Shown here piece after piece: positions 13,128-26,476 of a DNA stretch of 64,000 bases. How positions within the stretch are numbered: position 1 is the stretch's first letter; each line of letters opens with the position of its first letter. The notes under the pieces are model-generated. The model did no database searches. It was not told the DNA's origin and was given only the letters and a program-made list of their open reading frames with translations. Source of the DNA: Octopus bimaculoides (Eukaryota); contig NC_068982.1 in NCBI RefSeq assembly GCF_001194135.2, forward strand, positions 159,189,230-159,253,229, written 5' to 3'. A program made the translations under genes and the position numbers.

Positions 13128-14273
13128 TACGTAATATGTAAAAACTACACTGAAATATATTTCAATTTCCGTATTAATTGTAACAGATAGTTTAGGCAAA
13201 TATCTTACCGATACCAAATTTCCTCGATAGTTCGAGAAAGAATATACATGGCGAGAAAATGAAATTACATGAACCACAAAGTATCTGATAGATTTAAGTC
13301 ATTATGTAAGATTGCGTTTTGTAAAAAAAGAAACTATTTTCTTATAACTTAGTAAAATGTAATATTGCTCATAACAGCAATATTACGTTTCTGTAACACA
13401 TAAGTAAAATAATTGCCGTTAACAATCTTACAAAATTAGTAGTATCACGAGTATACAAGATGTGTTTCTTTTCGAATGCAAATAACATAATTATATACTG
13501 TCGCTGAATTTAGAAATATCAGTAGACAATCAAAAATAAACTAATTGATTTGCTTTTGGAAAATATTAATTTTCAAATTAATTTTCGACTGAGAAGAGTA
13601 GAAATATATTCGTAACATTTTTTTAAAAAAAAGCAATTTAATAGAAATTTACTGTTCCTAATACATACATTAATATATGCAAAATAATGGATAATTGTCT
13701 TGGTAGCTGGAAATAAAATTAAACGGAATAAGAACTCAAAATTAATAAGTATTGCGAGATAGTAAATGTCTGGTATTTTATTTTATCGACTACGGTAAGT
13801 CGAAGCAAGTTTACCAGAGTGAGAGTTGAACTTAGTAGGTCGGAGGAAATATTACAAGACATGTTGCCCAGCATTCTAAATGTAAAATTTCCTGATGAAT
13901 GCACAACACCAGTACTTATGAGGCGCAAGAGCCTTTGTTAATAGCATCGGCTTCAGTTTTGGACTCGAACATTTTTATTGACTCATATTCGAGACTCGTG
14001 CTATTTCTTTTTGTCAGCCAATGAGACATAAATGTCACAGTTGTTTTCAGCGGACTTGTACTCAGAACCTAATGGGCGCGTACAAATAATGCAAAATTCT
14101 TTTCAACTCCTCTAACGATTCTGTTATCACGATTCTTTAAATAGAGGTCCTGATTCGCACACAGTGCTAATTATTTTGTTTGCAAGGAATAAGTCAATAA
14201 CATGGACACAACTACTTGGTTGGTACTTTAACGAACCAAGTAGGGTGAATGGCAAAGCTGACATTAGTAGCCC

Positions 14274-14339
<66 letters not shown>

Positions 14340-14359
14340 TGATGAAGATGATGATAATG

Positions 14360-14409
<50 letters not shown>

Positions 14410-14416
<7 letters not shown>

Positions 14417-14575
14417 TTGCACTACTGGGCACTGCACACATCCTACGCAAAACACTTTCAATACAGTAACAATAAGAGCATCACAACAAACCACAGCATA
14501 TACCCAAGGCACACAGAGCTGCGCTCGGCAGTGAAGTCAAAGCACGTTATAAAAATAAAACTACTGAACAATAAT
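14410..14575 (+). mobile_element. 3' end of an R4/Dong-type (RLE) non-LTR retrotransposon embedded in (AAT)n
   Basis: C-terminal peptide KIALLGTAHILRKTLSIQ* (end of ORF 14164-14469) resembles the typical R4/Dong C-terminus. It is followed by a ~110-nt 3' UTR, with AAT repeats on both sides. Confidence 0.75.
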
Positions 14576-15583
14576 AATAATAATAATAATATTGATGATG
14601 ATGATGATGACGACGACGACGACGACGATTACGATGATGTTTATGAGAAAAAGCAACAAATAACTTTATTTTTTTCAATACACACATACGCATTTGTACA
14701 TGTGCTTATACGCACACTTCTGTGACTGCGACTCGGTTAACATTAAATTTTATCATCTGCTCTATGGCAATCTGCCTCGTTCCTATAGATTTGAAGTTAA
14801 TTATTATTTATTATAATTTCACATAATTTTATGTAAATATATCGATTTATTATAATTTTCTATAATTTCACGAATGTATATCGAACCATATACAACCGAA
14901 GATAGAAAAATGTAGAAAAATTAAAATGGAAAGAAGCCAAAGACTCGTTTGTTTTTAAATAAATTATTTGTTCGAATTTGAAAGAAGAAGATCATATAAT
15001 TCAAAGCTTTAGAAGAGAAATTATCTCACATCTGCAACTGAGCTATTTGCGTGAGAATTCATATTTCCTACATTTCAGATATGAATATGATATTTCCTTC
15101 TGCAGCTTAACATACGTAATTACTTTATAGTATTTAACCTTGCCCCTCTTAAATCTGATTTGAAATGCTACCGCGGTCGACATTATTTTTATCTTTCAGT
15201 AATAAAATTTGATCGATTGAATTATGAAGAGCCTTCCTACGGATATTGATTATTAATTTTTTAATTTTCTTTCTTTTTGCGTTGGCAAAAAGCCATTGAT
15301 TCTTGGGGAAAGGCTAGTGAAGGAATTAGATCGATATATATTTGAATCCTTTCTCTTCGTTTTGTTGGTTTCAATCTTTAGAATATGGTCATGAAGAGTT
15401 ACAGATTTCAAAGGTTATTCAACTATTTATATAGAAAAGACATCATTTTGCGTCGTGTATATTTAATTTTTCCGCTAACATAAAAAATACAAAATGGATG
15501 TTAGTGAAAGGAAAGGTAACCAAACAAATACGCAGCATGATGTTTTAAGTCATGAAAGATTAGCACCTACGCACATAGTCTTT

Positions 15584-15673
<90 letters not shown>

Positions 15674-16201
15674 TGAAAGATATGGAGTCCAACATAAAGA
15701 AGACAGTTTGACATTTATTTTCAGTCACTACAATTATTCTCCAGGCGTGCAGGTGCTTGATTATGCAACCATTTCTCTACATTACAAGATCTTGTGTTTC
15801 CTCAGGTAATATGTAAATATTGTATCGGTAAATTCAAGTTGTCGGTTCGCTCAAAAGGTCCTTGTATAAGAGTTGTTTAAAGATGTTGAACGAAACACCA
15901 ATGGTTCTAGAGGAGATTTATTAAAACTCCAAAGAGTTCCTCTCAAAACATGGCTATGATACTCTCTGCTAATTCTGCTCCTGATCAGAGATGCACATAT
16001 CATTAGCGACCAAAATACATGCTCAACTGGTTAAGGTCAAACAGCTGAGAAGCAAATCTGTGATATTGAGCAGAAGGTTTGCTGTAGCCCATCTTTTATA
16101 CCAAGACAGAACAATCCACATGATAACACTTCCAATCGGTTAAGATCAGGGCATTTATTATTATTATCATTATCATCATCATCATCATCGTCTTCGTCGT
16201 C

Positions 16202-16233
<32 letters not shown>

Positions 16234-16241
16234 CATTATTA

Positions 16242-16344
<103 letters not shown>

Positions 16345-16790
16345 CCAGTTTAAAAATATTAAAGTTCAAAATTAACATTTGATATTTAAACAATTCTTCC
16401 ACTTTTCAAATAGAAAAAATAAAATGTACATAAACAACAGAGAATTCTGCTATAGGCCTTACAATATCCCTCCCAGATTGCTAGGTTTACTATACTCTCT
16501 TTGAAATTTTCCCGAAACATTATATGGCTAGTATCCAATTTATATAAGGAAATAAATCTACCAGCTATTTCATTCACCTTCTCAGTTTTTCTTATGTTGT
16601 ATGCTGCACTTCTAAACTAGTCTTGCAAATATTCATATAATCTATCTAGCTAGCTAGCTAATTAGCTAAGTACCTACCTGCCTACCTACCTACCTACCTA
16701 CATTCATACATACATACATACATACATACATACATACATACATACGTACATACATACAGACATACATACATATATACATACATACGTACG

Positions 16791-16824
<34 letters not shown>

Positions 16825-17210
16825 CATACATACATACATACATATCTACCTCTCTATTGCTCGCATCTAATCACAATCAAGTATATAGTCTTCGAAATGT
16901 TAAAATCACTAAGTGTCAGCCAAATTTCTGGCGATAAATTACGCCGCGACAGTCTCAATTGAAACGATAAATTTCTTGACAGTGCATTAGTTATATGCAT
17001 TTAGTATAGCGTGACCAAATGCTTTGCAGTAGTTTCAGGGCGTTTACAGGTGAGTACCCTAAATACCTGTGTATTTCTGATGAATTTGACAGTATCTAGT
17101 CAATCATAAGTAGTCGCCTACGAAATATATGAAGTGAAACAACAGGAGGCAACAATTATTTCTTTTTTCTTACTGTGCCATGGAGCAAGTAAGGAACTTG
17201 ATTAAAAGTA

Positions 17211-17695
17211 CAGGATGTCCCAGAACTATTTATTTCAGCGAAATCGGACGTTTTCTTTAAAACTCACTTTTATTTAAGTTCATAATTTTTTATGAGATTT
17301 TTTTTTCATAATTTTACAATATTTATACTTTTATTTATAATTTGGTTTTCATTCCTGTTCGATCCGGCTTATGTTTTTAATTTGGCTGCAATCATTTTCT
17401 CTATATTATTCCCCAGAATGGAGCGAGAGTTTAACTGAACTTAAAGAACATATTCAGATTGCAGTGCTGAAGATAGGTCCTGAAATGCTTCAAAATGTGT
17501 TTTATAGATTTAAAATTTACAAGGAGACAGACGGAGCGCATGTTGAAAATGTCCAATAATGTTTTGATGTTAGATTTATTAATCAATTGACTCTGGTATC
17601 ATAATTAAATAATAAACGAAAAATTCTGTGAATTATCTTTTTTAAAATTTGTCCTATTTCATTGAAATAAATATTTAAATTTCTGGGACACCCTG
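17211..17695 (+). mobile_element. Non-autonomous IS630-Tc1-mariner deletion derivative (~485 bp)
   Basis: TIRs caggatgtcccagaa (17211-17225) and ttctgggacaccctg (17681-17695), flanked by TA on the left and CA on the right. The internal peptide ESLTELKEHIQIAVLKIGPEMLQNVFYRFKIYKETDGAHVENVQ* resembles the C-terminus of maT/DD41D-type transposases. Confidence 0.8.
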
Positions 17696-17879
17696 CATTT
17701 CTGCGAAATGTCCACTTGGCAAAGTTACCTTACAGGCAATTTATGAATTCAAAGCTAGACTACAATTGAATTGATAAGGTATGCTGTATGTGCTATGAAA
17801 TCAGGCACAATTGCCTGCAAAGTAAAGTTCTTTACTCGGCCGCTGAGTCACTTAACTGGCTTCTCAGCCATAGGAAATA

Positions 17880-18055
17880 TGGTTTCAAAGTTTGGCACAA
17901 GGCCAGAAACTTCAGGGCTGGAATACTGTTGATTGCATCAACCACACTGATCAACTGGTACTTTTTTATCAACCGTGAAAGGATGAAAAGTAAAGTCTAT
18001 CCCAGGGAAATGTGAACTCAGTCCGTAGACACGGACGGAATGCCGTTCTCAGCCA
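17880..18055 (-). mobile_element. Nin/Deu-like SINE copy
   Basis: tggtttcaaagtttggcacaaggccag...caactggtacttttttatcaaccgtgaaaggatgaaa...gaactcag matches the family. Confidence 0.75.
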
Positions 18056-18803
18056 CATATATGTACATATGTGTGTATATATAAACATGTATATGTATGC
18101 ATGGGTCGGTTGTGTGTGTTGTTTTCCTTTGTGTATGTGTGTGTGTATTGTAAGCAAACAACACGCAGTAATTATTTTCAGTGTTTAATGAGGAATTTTT
18201 TTTTTATATGAAGTTAACCCGAGTGCAATATAAACTAAAGTAAATTCATGTACAGTAAAAGGCGTCTGTATCTAATTACTACAACACGTCTATTCCAAAT
18301 CTTTACTCTTTTTACAATGGAGTATTTTTCTTTTCTTCCTACAAATATTGATTTAGTGCCAAAATACACAGTTAATAATTTATGATTGAAAACGGCAGAC
18401 AAATCAACAAGGTAAACTTCTTTAAAACTAATATTTAACGTCAATATTTCGTTTTGAAGATATTTCAAATGACAAAATAATTTCTCTATGAAATAAAGAG
18501 ATTTCAATAATCGGAATTCACCTGTACTCAGAACACGCGAAATAATTTAGCGCCTTTGTTTTGGTTTGGGTTTTGGTAATTTGTTAACTTTTCTGTGGAC
18601 GGAGATATTTGGGCTCCTTCCAAATACATTATTGGCAAACACATGGAAAATTAGCATTTCTTTGATCACTACATTTGTAATATCCGAAGAATGTATACAT
18701 ATATGCATACATATATACATACGTATATGCATACATTAATAGATTCGTACATACTTGCATATAAATACGCATACACACACAAATATATATACAAATTATA
18801 TAT

Positions 18804-18851
<48 letters not shown>

Positions 18852-21604
18852 ATATATATATATANNNNNNNNNNNNNNNNNNNNNNNNNNNNNNNNNNNN
18901 NNNNNNNNNNNNNNNNNNNNNNNNNNNNNNNNNNNNNNNNNNNNNNNNNNNNNNNNNNNNNNNNNNNNNNNNNNNNNNNNNNNNNNNNNNNNNNNNNNNN
19001 NNNNNNNNNNNNNNNNNNNNNNNNNNNNNNNNNNNNNNNNNNNNNNNNNNNNNNNNNNNNNNNNNNNNNNNNNNNNNNNNNNNNNNNNNNNNNNNNNNNN
19101 NNNNNNNNNNNNNNNNNNNNNNNNNNNNNNNNNNNNNNNNNNNNNNNNNNNNNNNNNNNNNNNNNNNNNNNNNNNNNNNNNNNNNNNNNNNNNNNNNNNN
19201 NNNNNNNNNNNNNNNNNNNNNNNNNNNNNNNNNNNNNNNNNNNNNNNNNNNNNNNNNNNNNNNNNNNNNNNNNNNNNNNNNNNNNNNNNNNNNNNNNNNN
19301 NNNNNNNNNNNNNNNNNNNNNNNNNNNNNNNNNNNNNNNNNNNNNNNNNNNNNNNNNNNNNNNNNNNNNNNNNNNNNNATATATATATATATACACATAA
19401 GTGTGAGTGTGTGTATATTTGTTCTGGAGAATATTTAATGCGGGTTGCTCAATGTGTGAGTAACATGAAACATCTTTCATGTTGTCTGTCAATTTATGGC
19501 TTACGCTAGCAATCATCGTACAGTGGAACACAAAACCCAAATACCTTTTACTGTTACTGCTTTCTCTATTATTATTTTTATACATTAATTTTGCATACTA
19601 TATTATTGTAGTTCTTGCATTTGTCAAGAAACCTATCTGCAATAGCAGCTTCAAATGCTCAACTAAAACTGCTGGCGGACCTTCTGCAACTTTCTGAATG
19701 ATAATTTCATAACATCTTATATTAGTTGTCATATCACTAAGTTTCTATAACAAAAAGTATACTGTTTCCACTGCGCCTTCAAAATATTCCACTTCCAATT
19801 AATACATTAAATTATGTGATGTGTGTGCATCATACGTCGCACTTCAGTTCAAATCACATAAGCAGAAATATCTGGACTGAATTTGCAGTATAATGTTTAA
19901 TATTTAATTGTCAAACCTTCAAGCAGTAATCGGTTTATTCAGCATTTTAGTTTTATCACATTGTTGCTCTCCACGTACTATGCCTGATATTTTACAACTT
20001 CCAATTTGCTCGCCTTTTTCTTCCTCTCCCTCCCCAGAACTTGACAATGTCTACACCATCCAACTCTGCTTCATTTTGCCAACCTACGTCTTTAATATGT
20101 AGGAACTTCCTGAGTGCCTTGGATATTTCTAACAGTACGTGAACATATTACGAAATTGATATTCTTACTTTTTACTAAAAGGTTTAACTAACTAGTCATT
20201 TTAACACCGCGTATATTCTTAGTCTATTTTGAAGCATTTGGATGGAATTACCCTATCCCATGTTTTTCTTTTGCGGTTCTTGTTCCCATCGGCATAAATA
20301 TCTTCGAACCGGACATAAATGATACAAATCTCAAATGCATGGCCTGAAAAGTTGATCAGTATTTTTCATCCATACAGTAATTTTACAGCCACATTCATGA
20401 GACTGCAGGATTTAACTGATAATAGAAATGATTGGGGGGGGGGGTTTAACGTGGATGTGTGCAGCGACAAAATTGAATATATATCTTTTAAGCCTGTGTC
20501 ATCTTCTTCGTTGTTTTTAAATTTTCAAGTACCTGATACGCTACTGCTGCGTGCAGAATTAAGTATTATAATTTTGAAGGTGATAGTGTGGGATTTAGGA
20601 AATATTTGATTGCTATTTCTAGCTGGTCACTCGGCTATGTAATTCAGAACTTCACTAAAACAGACCTGAATTTTGCTCAGAAACAAAATCTACAAATTTG
20701 CTTGAGATTTGAAGTCAGAATGAATATTCATGCTACAAAATCCTTATGAACAAGTATACTCTAAATATATTCATCACTGCAATCCCACGCCTGTAAAATA
20801 TGTTAATACATGTAGTACCTTGTGTCATTGATCCTTTCATTTTTTTAAAAAATATTTATCATTAACTTTCAGTTTAATTTCTTTCTTGCTATTTAACAGA
20901 ATAATCGAATGTCACGTACAATATACTATCACCACAAGCACTTCATGTGTTACATTGAAGAAAAAAATGCAATTCACGTTTTTTGGCAATTGATTTGTTT
21001 ATATATTTATTGGGCTATTTTTTATAAATAACGAATTCTGTTTCAAATCATCCCCCTAAAGTAGATTGTTCCTAGTTTGGTGCATGAATTTTTTTTCAAA
21101 AATAAATAATTTCTAAATGTTTATTTTCCTTTATTTCCTCCATCAATCCAAATTATATTCGTTTAACAAATTTGTAAACACATAAGATAAAAGTGCCTCC
21201 AGTGAAATGTATAATTGTTTACAAAAGATTAGTTCTTTATTTTGCATTATGCCATTTTTTTTCTCTATCGTTGTATGTATGTATCTATTTTCGTTTACGC
21301 TCGTCTTTCGCTCACAACACATATTAGGCTGCCATGTCAGTTGTAGTAATGCATTTTATGGAACTTTAACTAACTACACTGCAGCAGAAACATCTTTCGC
21401 ACATAATCTAAACGCACACCACACACGTGCGCACGAATATATACACACATTCAGGCCCTACTCTCACTAACAAATGCAATTATATTTTCATAGGAGCATA
21501 CCTCTATACACATACGTCACAGTAACACATATTTTTCAGACGGTTTAATAAATATCCACTTCTTTCCTCTGATTTTGACTGCCTTGATTAAAGAGCATTT
21601 CTAG

Positions 21605-21605
<1 letters not shown>

Positions 21606-21701
<96 letters not shown>

Positions 21702-21795
21702 CTCTCTCTTTATCTATCTTTCTCTCTCTATCTTTCGCCATCTCTCTCCCCTCTCTCTGTCTCTCACACTTCTCTCTCTTCCTCTCTCTCTGTCT
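21606..21795. repeat. (CT)n microsatellite with a degenerate 3' extension
   Basis: Directly visible; a similar tract lies at 42085-42197. Confidence 0.95.
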
Positions 21796-22162
21796 TTCTG
21801 TGCATTTTTTCTTTTTTATCTCGTGAAAAACTAGCGTCCTAAATATTGTGACGATTCCACTTTATATGTTCTACGTTAATATCTTATTGGTTAAATTCTC
21901 GCCCTCTAGCATAACCCTGTCTACTGATCACTGTATATAAGTACAAACAATTCCCATTGGTAATAATAAAGTTCCTAAAAGGTAAATGTTTTCAAATGAT
22001 TGCAATAATATGCTTCTAGGTCTATCAGTTTCACTAAGAAATGGGTTTGTGTCCAACAATCAGCCTTCGATCTGTCAATCCCAAAAGGATTTTAACCCAA
22101 TATTTACCTGCTGTTGTTTATTGCTTTATCTATTTTGAGTTCTATTGTAAACGAATTATATG

Positions 22163-22223
<61 letters not shown>

Positions 22224-22549
22224 TTGCCTTATGTGTGTGTGTATATATATATATATATATCGTTAAATGTTCTCGCCGAAGATGAAACACACGCCCCTAC
22301 ATCAACAATATTACCATCACGGGGACCAAGAAATAATATCACATAACACACCACTTCTGTTGCACTTCAGCGAATCTCATGTAATGCATCATATGAATAT
22401 TCTATCTTCTATATTTTTTTTTTCTTTTCAGTCGTCGGACTGCTATCATGCTGGGAGTCCAACTTAAAAGTTTTTGATCCGAAAAATTGACAGAGTCATA
22501 TTTGAGTAATATTTTTCATGCTACGTACTTATTCTACCGATTTTTTTTT

Positions 22550-22890
22550 TTATCGGACCATTAAGTTGCTAAAGCGCAAATAAAACAACAGTGGCTGTCA
22601 GGCGTTGAGGTGAGAACACACAGATACAAATATACGCATACATACACACATTTATGTGACTGTGTGTATGTGTATCTACGTATATATGTATGCATTATGT
22701 ATGTATCTATGGACGGATGGATGGATGGATGGATGGATATACTACAAGATTCTTTTCGTTTCCTTCAATCAAATCAATTTCCAACCTTTTGGTCGCCCCG
22801 AGGTTATCGGAGAAGACACTTTCCCAAACTACCACGTAGTGGGACTGAACGTTGAACCGTGTGGCTGAGAAGCTAATGTCTTCCACAGAG
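22550..22890 (-). mobile_element. Degenerate CORE-like SINE copy
   Basis: gaagacactttcccaaactaccacgtagtgggactgaac is the reverse complement of the B box plus CORE-like box. An internal microsatellite is present, as in the other copies. Confidence 0.7.
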
Positions 22891-24646
22891 ACATATATAC
22901 ATGCACACACGCACATATGTATATATCCACACTCATATAAGATTGAATGTGTTACGTGCGTGCTGTTGTGCAAGCATATATATGTGTAGTTCACAGAGCT
23001 GGGCCACCAGTATATAAGGATCGATGTAATTCTTGTTCGTTTACCTAGGATTAAAATACAAATATTTATTTTAATTTTGAAGCACAGTGAAATACAGTAT
23101 CTATGTGCACTTACGAACAAGAATAATGCAATTCTTTTAGAAATGATATCCAGATATAGCAAACACACTCGTTAGTATACTACAACTTCCATGAAGTATA
23201 TCATTTCGATTATCATCTCTTTATCAGCTGGCATTCCATTGAGAGATATGTTTCAACTTGTGAGTAGTTCTCGTCTTTTGTCTCTTCTTTCCACTTATCC
23301 ACAAAGGAATTGATATATTGATTTTTAACCACAGGTATTGTATCAAATAGAGTGACCTTCATTCCATTTTCCCAGATCATTTTAAAAAGCTTATTCTCAG
23401 TTTACAATCTCTGTTCTGCCCGACGCCAACTAGTGATTGTTATAAAATTAACTGCATTTCAGTCATTTGTGCCAGGTCTCGAGTATTCGGATACCTTATC
23501 CTCTCTTTAACATATCACAGAACTTTCTAAATCTTTCATACGCGCTACGTTTCAACCTATGAGTATATCATAAACTAAGGTTATTGACGAACTAAGATTT
23601 GTTTATACAAAGACTACACATAAAAAGTGATTCATTCGTGGGTTTCACTCTCTAAAACATGAGTTGATATCCGTTCAATACAGATTTTTTTCTAGTATAT
23701 ATGCAAAGCTGAATATTGCTTCTGTGTTATTCTGTTTCGCAGAAGATTTACTCGTATAACGATGTTTTGCTGAAATTTGAAATTTTGAACGTATAATCAT
23801 TAAGTAACTAGTAAAACAAATGAACAAAATTAACGCAATTCCAGGGCCTATTTATATGCTGCAGAATTAGAAGGTGCAAAGAATAAGTAGGGAAATAATG
23901 CAAAGTGTCTCCTGCATTGAACGAACACCAATTATGTGGATGCTCATTTAGACCATATAGTGAACCAAAGCATGATCATGACATAGAATTATAGAAGAAT
24001 GAACCAAAACGTATGAAGAAAGACTGGAAAATATAAACTTTTAACTAGTTTAATTTTTGAGAAAATCAATGGTGATATGCAGTGGAGACAGGCTGGTATT
24101 GTAGCAAGATCGGTAAAAAGTCCTGATACGATTCTGTCTTTCAGTTCTATCTGGCAAAGCATGATTTTACGAGTGCTTGACTACCTTGGATGACTGACAC
24201 ATACGGAAGCTTTGAGTGAATAAATACCATTAGGTGTGACCATGTAAAGGAATATCTATACTAAATATGCTTTTTGTATTACAGCAAACCTCCAAATAAT
24301 AAGTAATAAATCGCTTTAATGGTAGTTAGTTTAAGAACACAACACATAAAAATTCAGCAAAATTTCAGGAATATATTACACGTAGTAATAACAATATTTT
24401 ATATTGCAACACTGTCAGATGTGTGGTAATAATACATTTTTTATAACTTAAGACTGTCAGAGCAGTAGTAAGTTCCGTATTTCATATCCCATGACTGTGA
24501 GAAGATTAGTAACCAGACTAATTTATATTCTAACTGTCACATGTATGGTACTAACGATTTTATAACCTAAGACATTCAGATACGGAATGAGCACTCTGTT
24601 AACACTATACTGCCTCCAAAGGGAATAATATGCGCATATCATATAT

Positions 24647-24694
<48 letters not shown>

Positions 24695-24699
24695 CCCAA

Positions 24700-25370
24700 A
24701 ATACTTTCCTGGAATATAAAATAAGTCTTCGTCCTGGGATTTATGATATACGCACACACACAAATAAGAACAAGTCATACCATTTATAGCCACACACAAC
24801 CCATGTCATCAGAATATTGTCAACATTGCCGAAGCAAACCTACCAATTATTGCTCAAATTAATGAATTAAAAGATATAATCACAGATCGAGCTATGGTTC
24901 TTAGTAAAAGACTTGAAAATATTATTAAAAACTTGAAATATTATTAACAAAGGCAAAGTTTGACCTTAGCAGTAAAGACCAATCATTCACTGCATCTAAA
25001 TGCAATGATAGTCGATGTGGTACATGCCAATTCTTACATACCGGCTAATATAAGAACACAAAAACCGGAAAAATATTCATAGCCGCAAATATGAACTGCA
25101 AAACCAGAAATGTAATTTACTGCTTCAAATTCCCGAATTGTGAAGAACTATATGCGCGTCAGACTGGAAATATAATATTAGAACGTTGACGTGTGCGCCG
25201 ACAGCAAATTAGAGACCCAGATGTCCGTCAGATACCTTTGAGTATCCATCTAGCAACATGTTGGTGGAAAAGATATATATAATATTTCCATTACACAGAC
25301 TACACAGTCCAAGTGAAATCGAGGAAAAATCAAACTTTACTAATAAATTCTAATCCAAGCTAAATAAACA
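24700..25370 (+). mobile_element. Penelope-like element relic: linker, Cys-rich motif and GIY-YIG endonuclease
   Basis: Manual translation gives VIPFIATHNP..NLPII..SKR..KNLK..LTKAKF. From 24986 in one frame it reads FTASKCNDSRCGTCQFLHTG*YKNTKTGKIFIAANMNCKTRNVIYCFKFPNCEELYARQTGNIILER*RVRRQQIRDPDVRQIPLSIHLATC. This matches the PLE pattern CxxxxCxxC...NC...NVIY..C..C...YIGQT...R...H. Two in-frame stops; absent from the ORF track. Confidence 0.85.
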
Positions 25371-26019
25371 GTAACAGAGGTGCTATTTATACTGCTACAA
25401 CCATTACCACTACCAACAACAGCAATATTGAAGGTTCCCATGAAGACAATAGCAGGAAAATGCTAGCTACTCAAGAGAAAAGTAAGTAAAAATAATTTTA
25501 TTTAGGATTTAAAGTACTATTACCACATCTACTTCTAGCACCACCACCACCACCACAACGACAACAGTAATAAAAGGGGTGATAATGGTGATGATGATAA
25601 TTGAAATGCAAAAATCCCTGAGAAATGTTAGTTACATTTTTTTAAATATAGCCAAATAATTACTGCTTTGGACAGAGTTAAAATACATGTCTCTTGACAT
25701 GTTCAACAAACCGTGATACCTAAATCAAACACCAATCAACTTACGTAATTTAGTAAATGCACACACTAATTATTCAGAATACTGTTTACCAAACTTAACA
25801 TTCTGGAGCCGATACAAATGTATTTAAAACACACGTTTGAAAATTCTAAAAACATAACTGTCAGCACTACTATATGAACCTGAAGATGCATGAAAGTCCT
25901 AGTTCAATCAGAATGTAAATTCAATATTCTATCGTTTCATTATATTATATTACCTTATATTATATTATTACAAGATTGTAAATAAAACGTGAAAATCAAA
26001 GTTGGAATTTCTTTGAGTA

Positions 26020-26068
<49 letters not shown>

Positions 26069-26340
26069 TGTTATGAAAGGTAAATTTCCGAATTTGGTTG
26101 ATAGGGATATACAACCCTAGCGGGTATCGTATTGGCTTTTACCGGTTAATAATGTTGGTTAACTTCAAAATACCTCAAAACCATTGTGAAACGCAGTCAC
26201 CCAGAGATTTCTAGCCGAAATATCAATTCCTTTCGGCAAGTATCAAACTGTTAAAAACAACAAGAGACCTTAGTATTTGCATTCAGTCCAATCGATGTAT
26301 GCATGAGCATGTGCATTTATAATAGTTAGAGATATGGCCG

Positions 26341-26476
26341 GTTTATGGCCATATCACTTTGAAAACACCGGTTCTCGTCCGATGATCCTCGTCCGATGAT
26401 CCGAAGTTAAGCAACGTCGAGCCTGGTTAGTACTTATATGGGTGACCGCTTGGGAAACCTAGGTGCTGTAAACGTT
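26341..26476 (+). pseudogene. 5S rRNA retropseudogene
   Basis: gtttatggccatatcactttgaaaacaccggttctcgtccgat...ccgaagttaagcaacgtcgagcctggttagtacttatatgggtgaccgcttgggaaacctaggtgctgtaaac follows the metazoan 5S sequence, and helix I (gtttatggc / gctgtaaac) can pair. It has a 14-bp tandem duplication (26374-26387 / 26388-26401), a mutated C box, an A8 tail and TSD gttagaga (26325-26332 / 26486-26493). Confidence 0.92.

Noticed and set aside
15880-16155. Possible LINE C-terminal zinc knuckle (FLSKHGYDTLC*FC..E.HI) before an (ATT)n tail
   Set aside because: The Cys/His spacing is non-canonical and there are multiple stops. It cannot be supported without a homology search.
19612-19701. GC-richer patch open in several frames (FLHLSRNLSAIAASNAQLKLLADLLQLSE*; minus KVAEGPPAVLVEHLKLLLQI)
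   Set aside because: Too short, no recognisable domain and weak donor sites; consistent with chance.
26341-26476. Functional 5S rRNA gene or 5S-derived SINE3
   Set aside because: The internal duplication, altered C box and A tail in place of a T-run terminator argue against function. No SINE body follows the 5S sequence.
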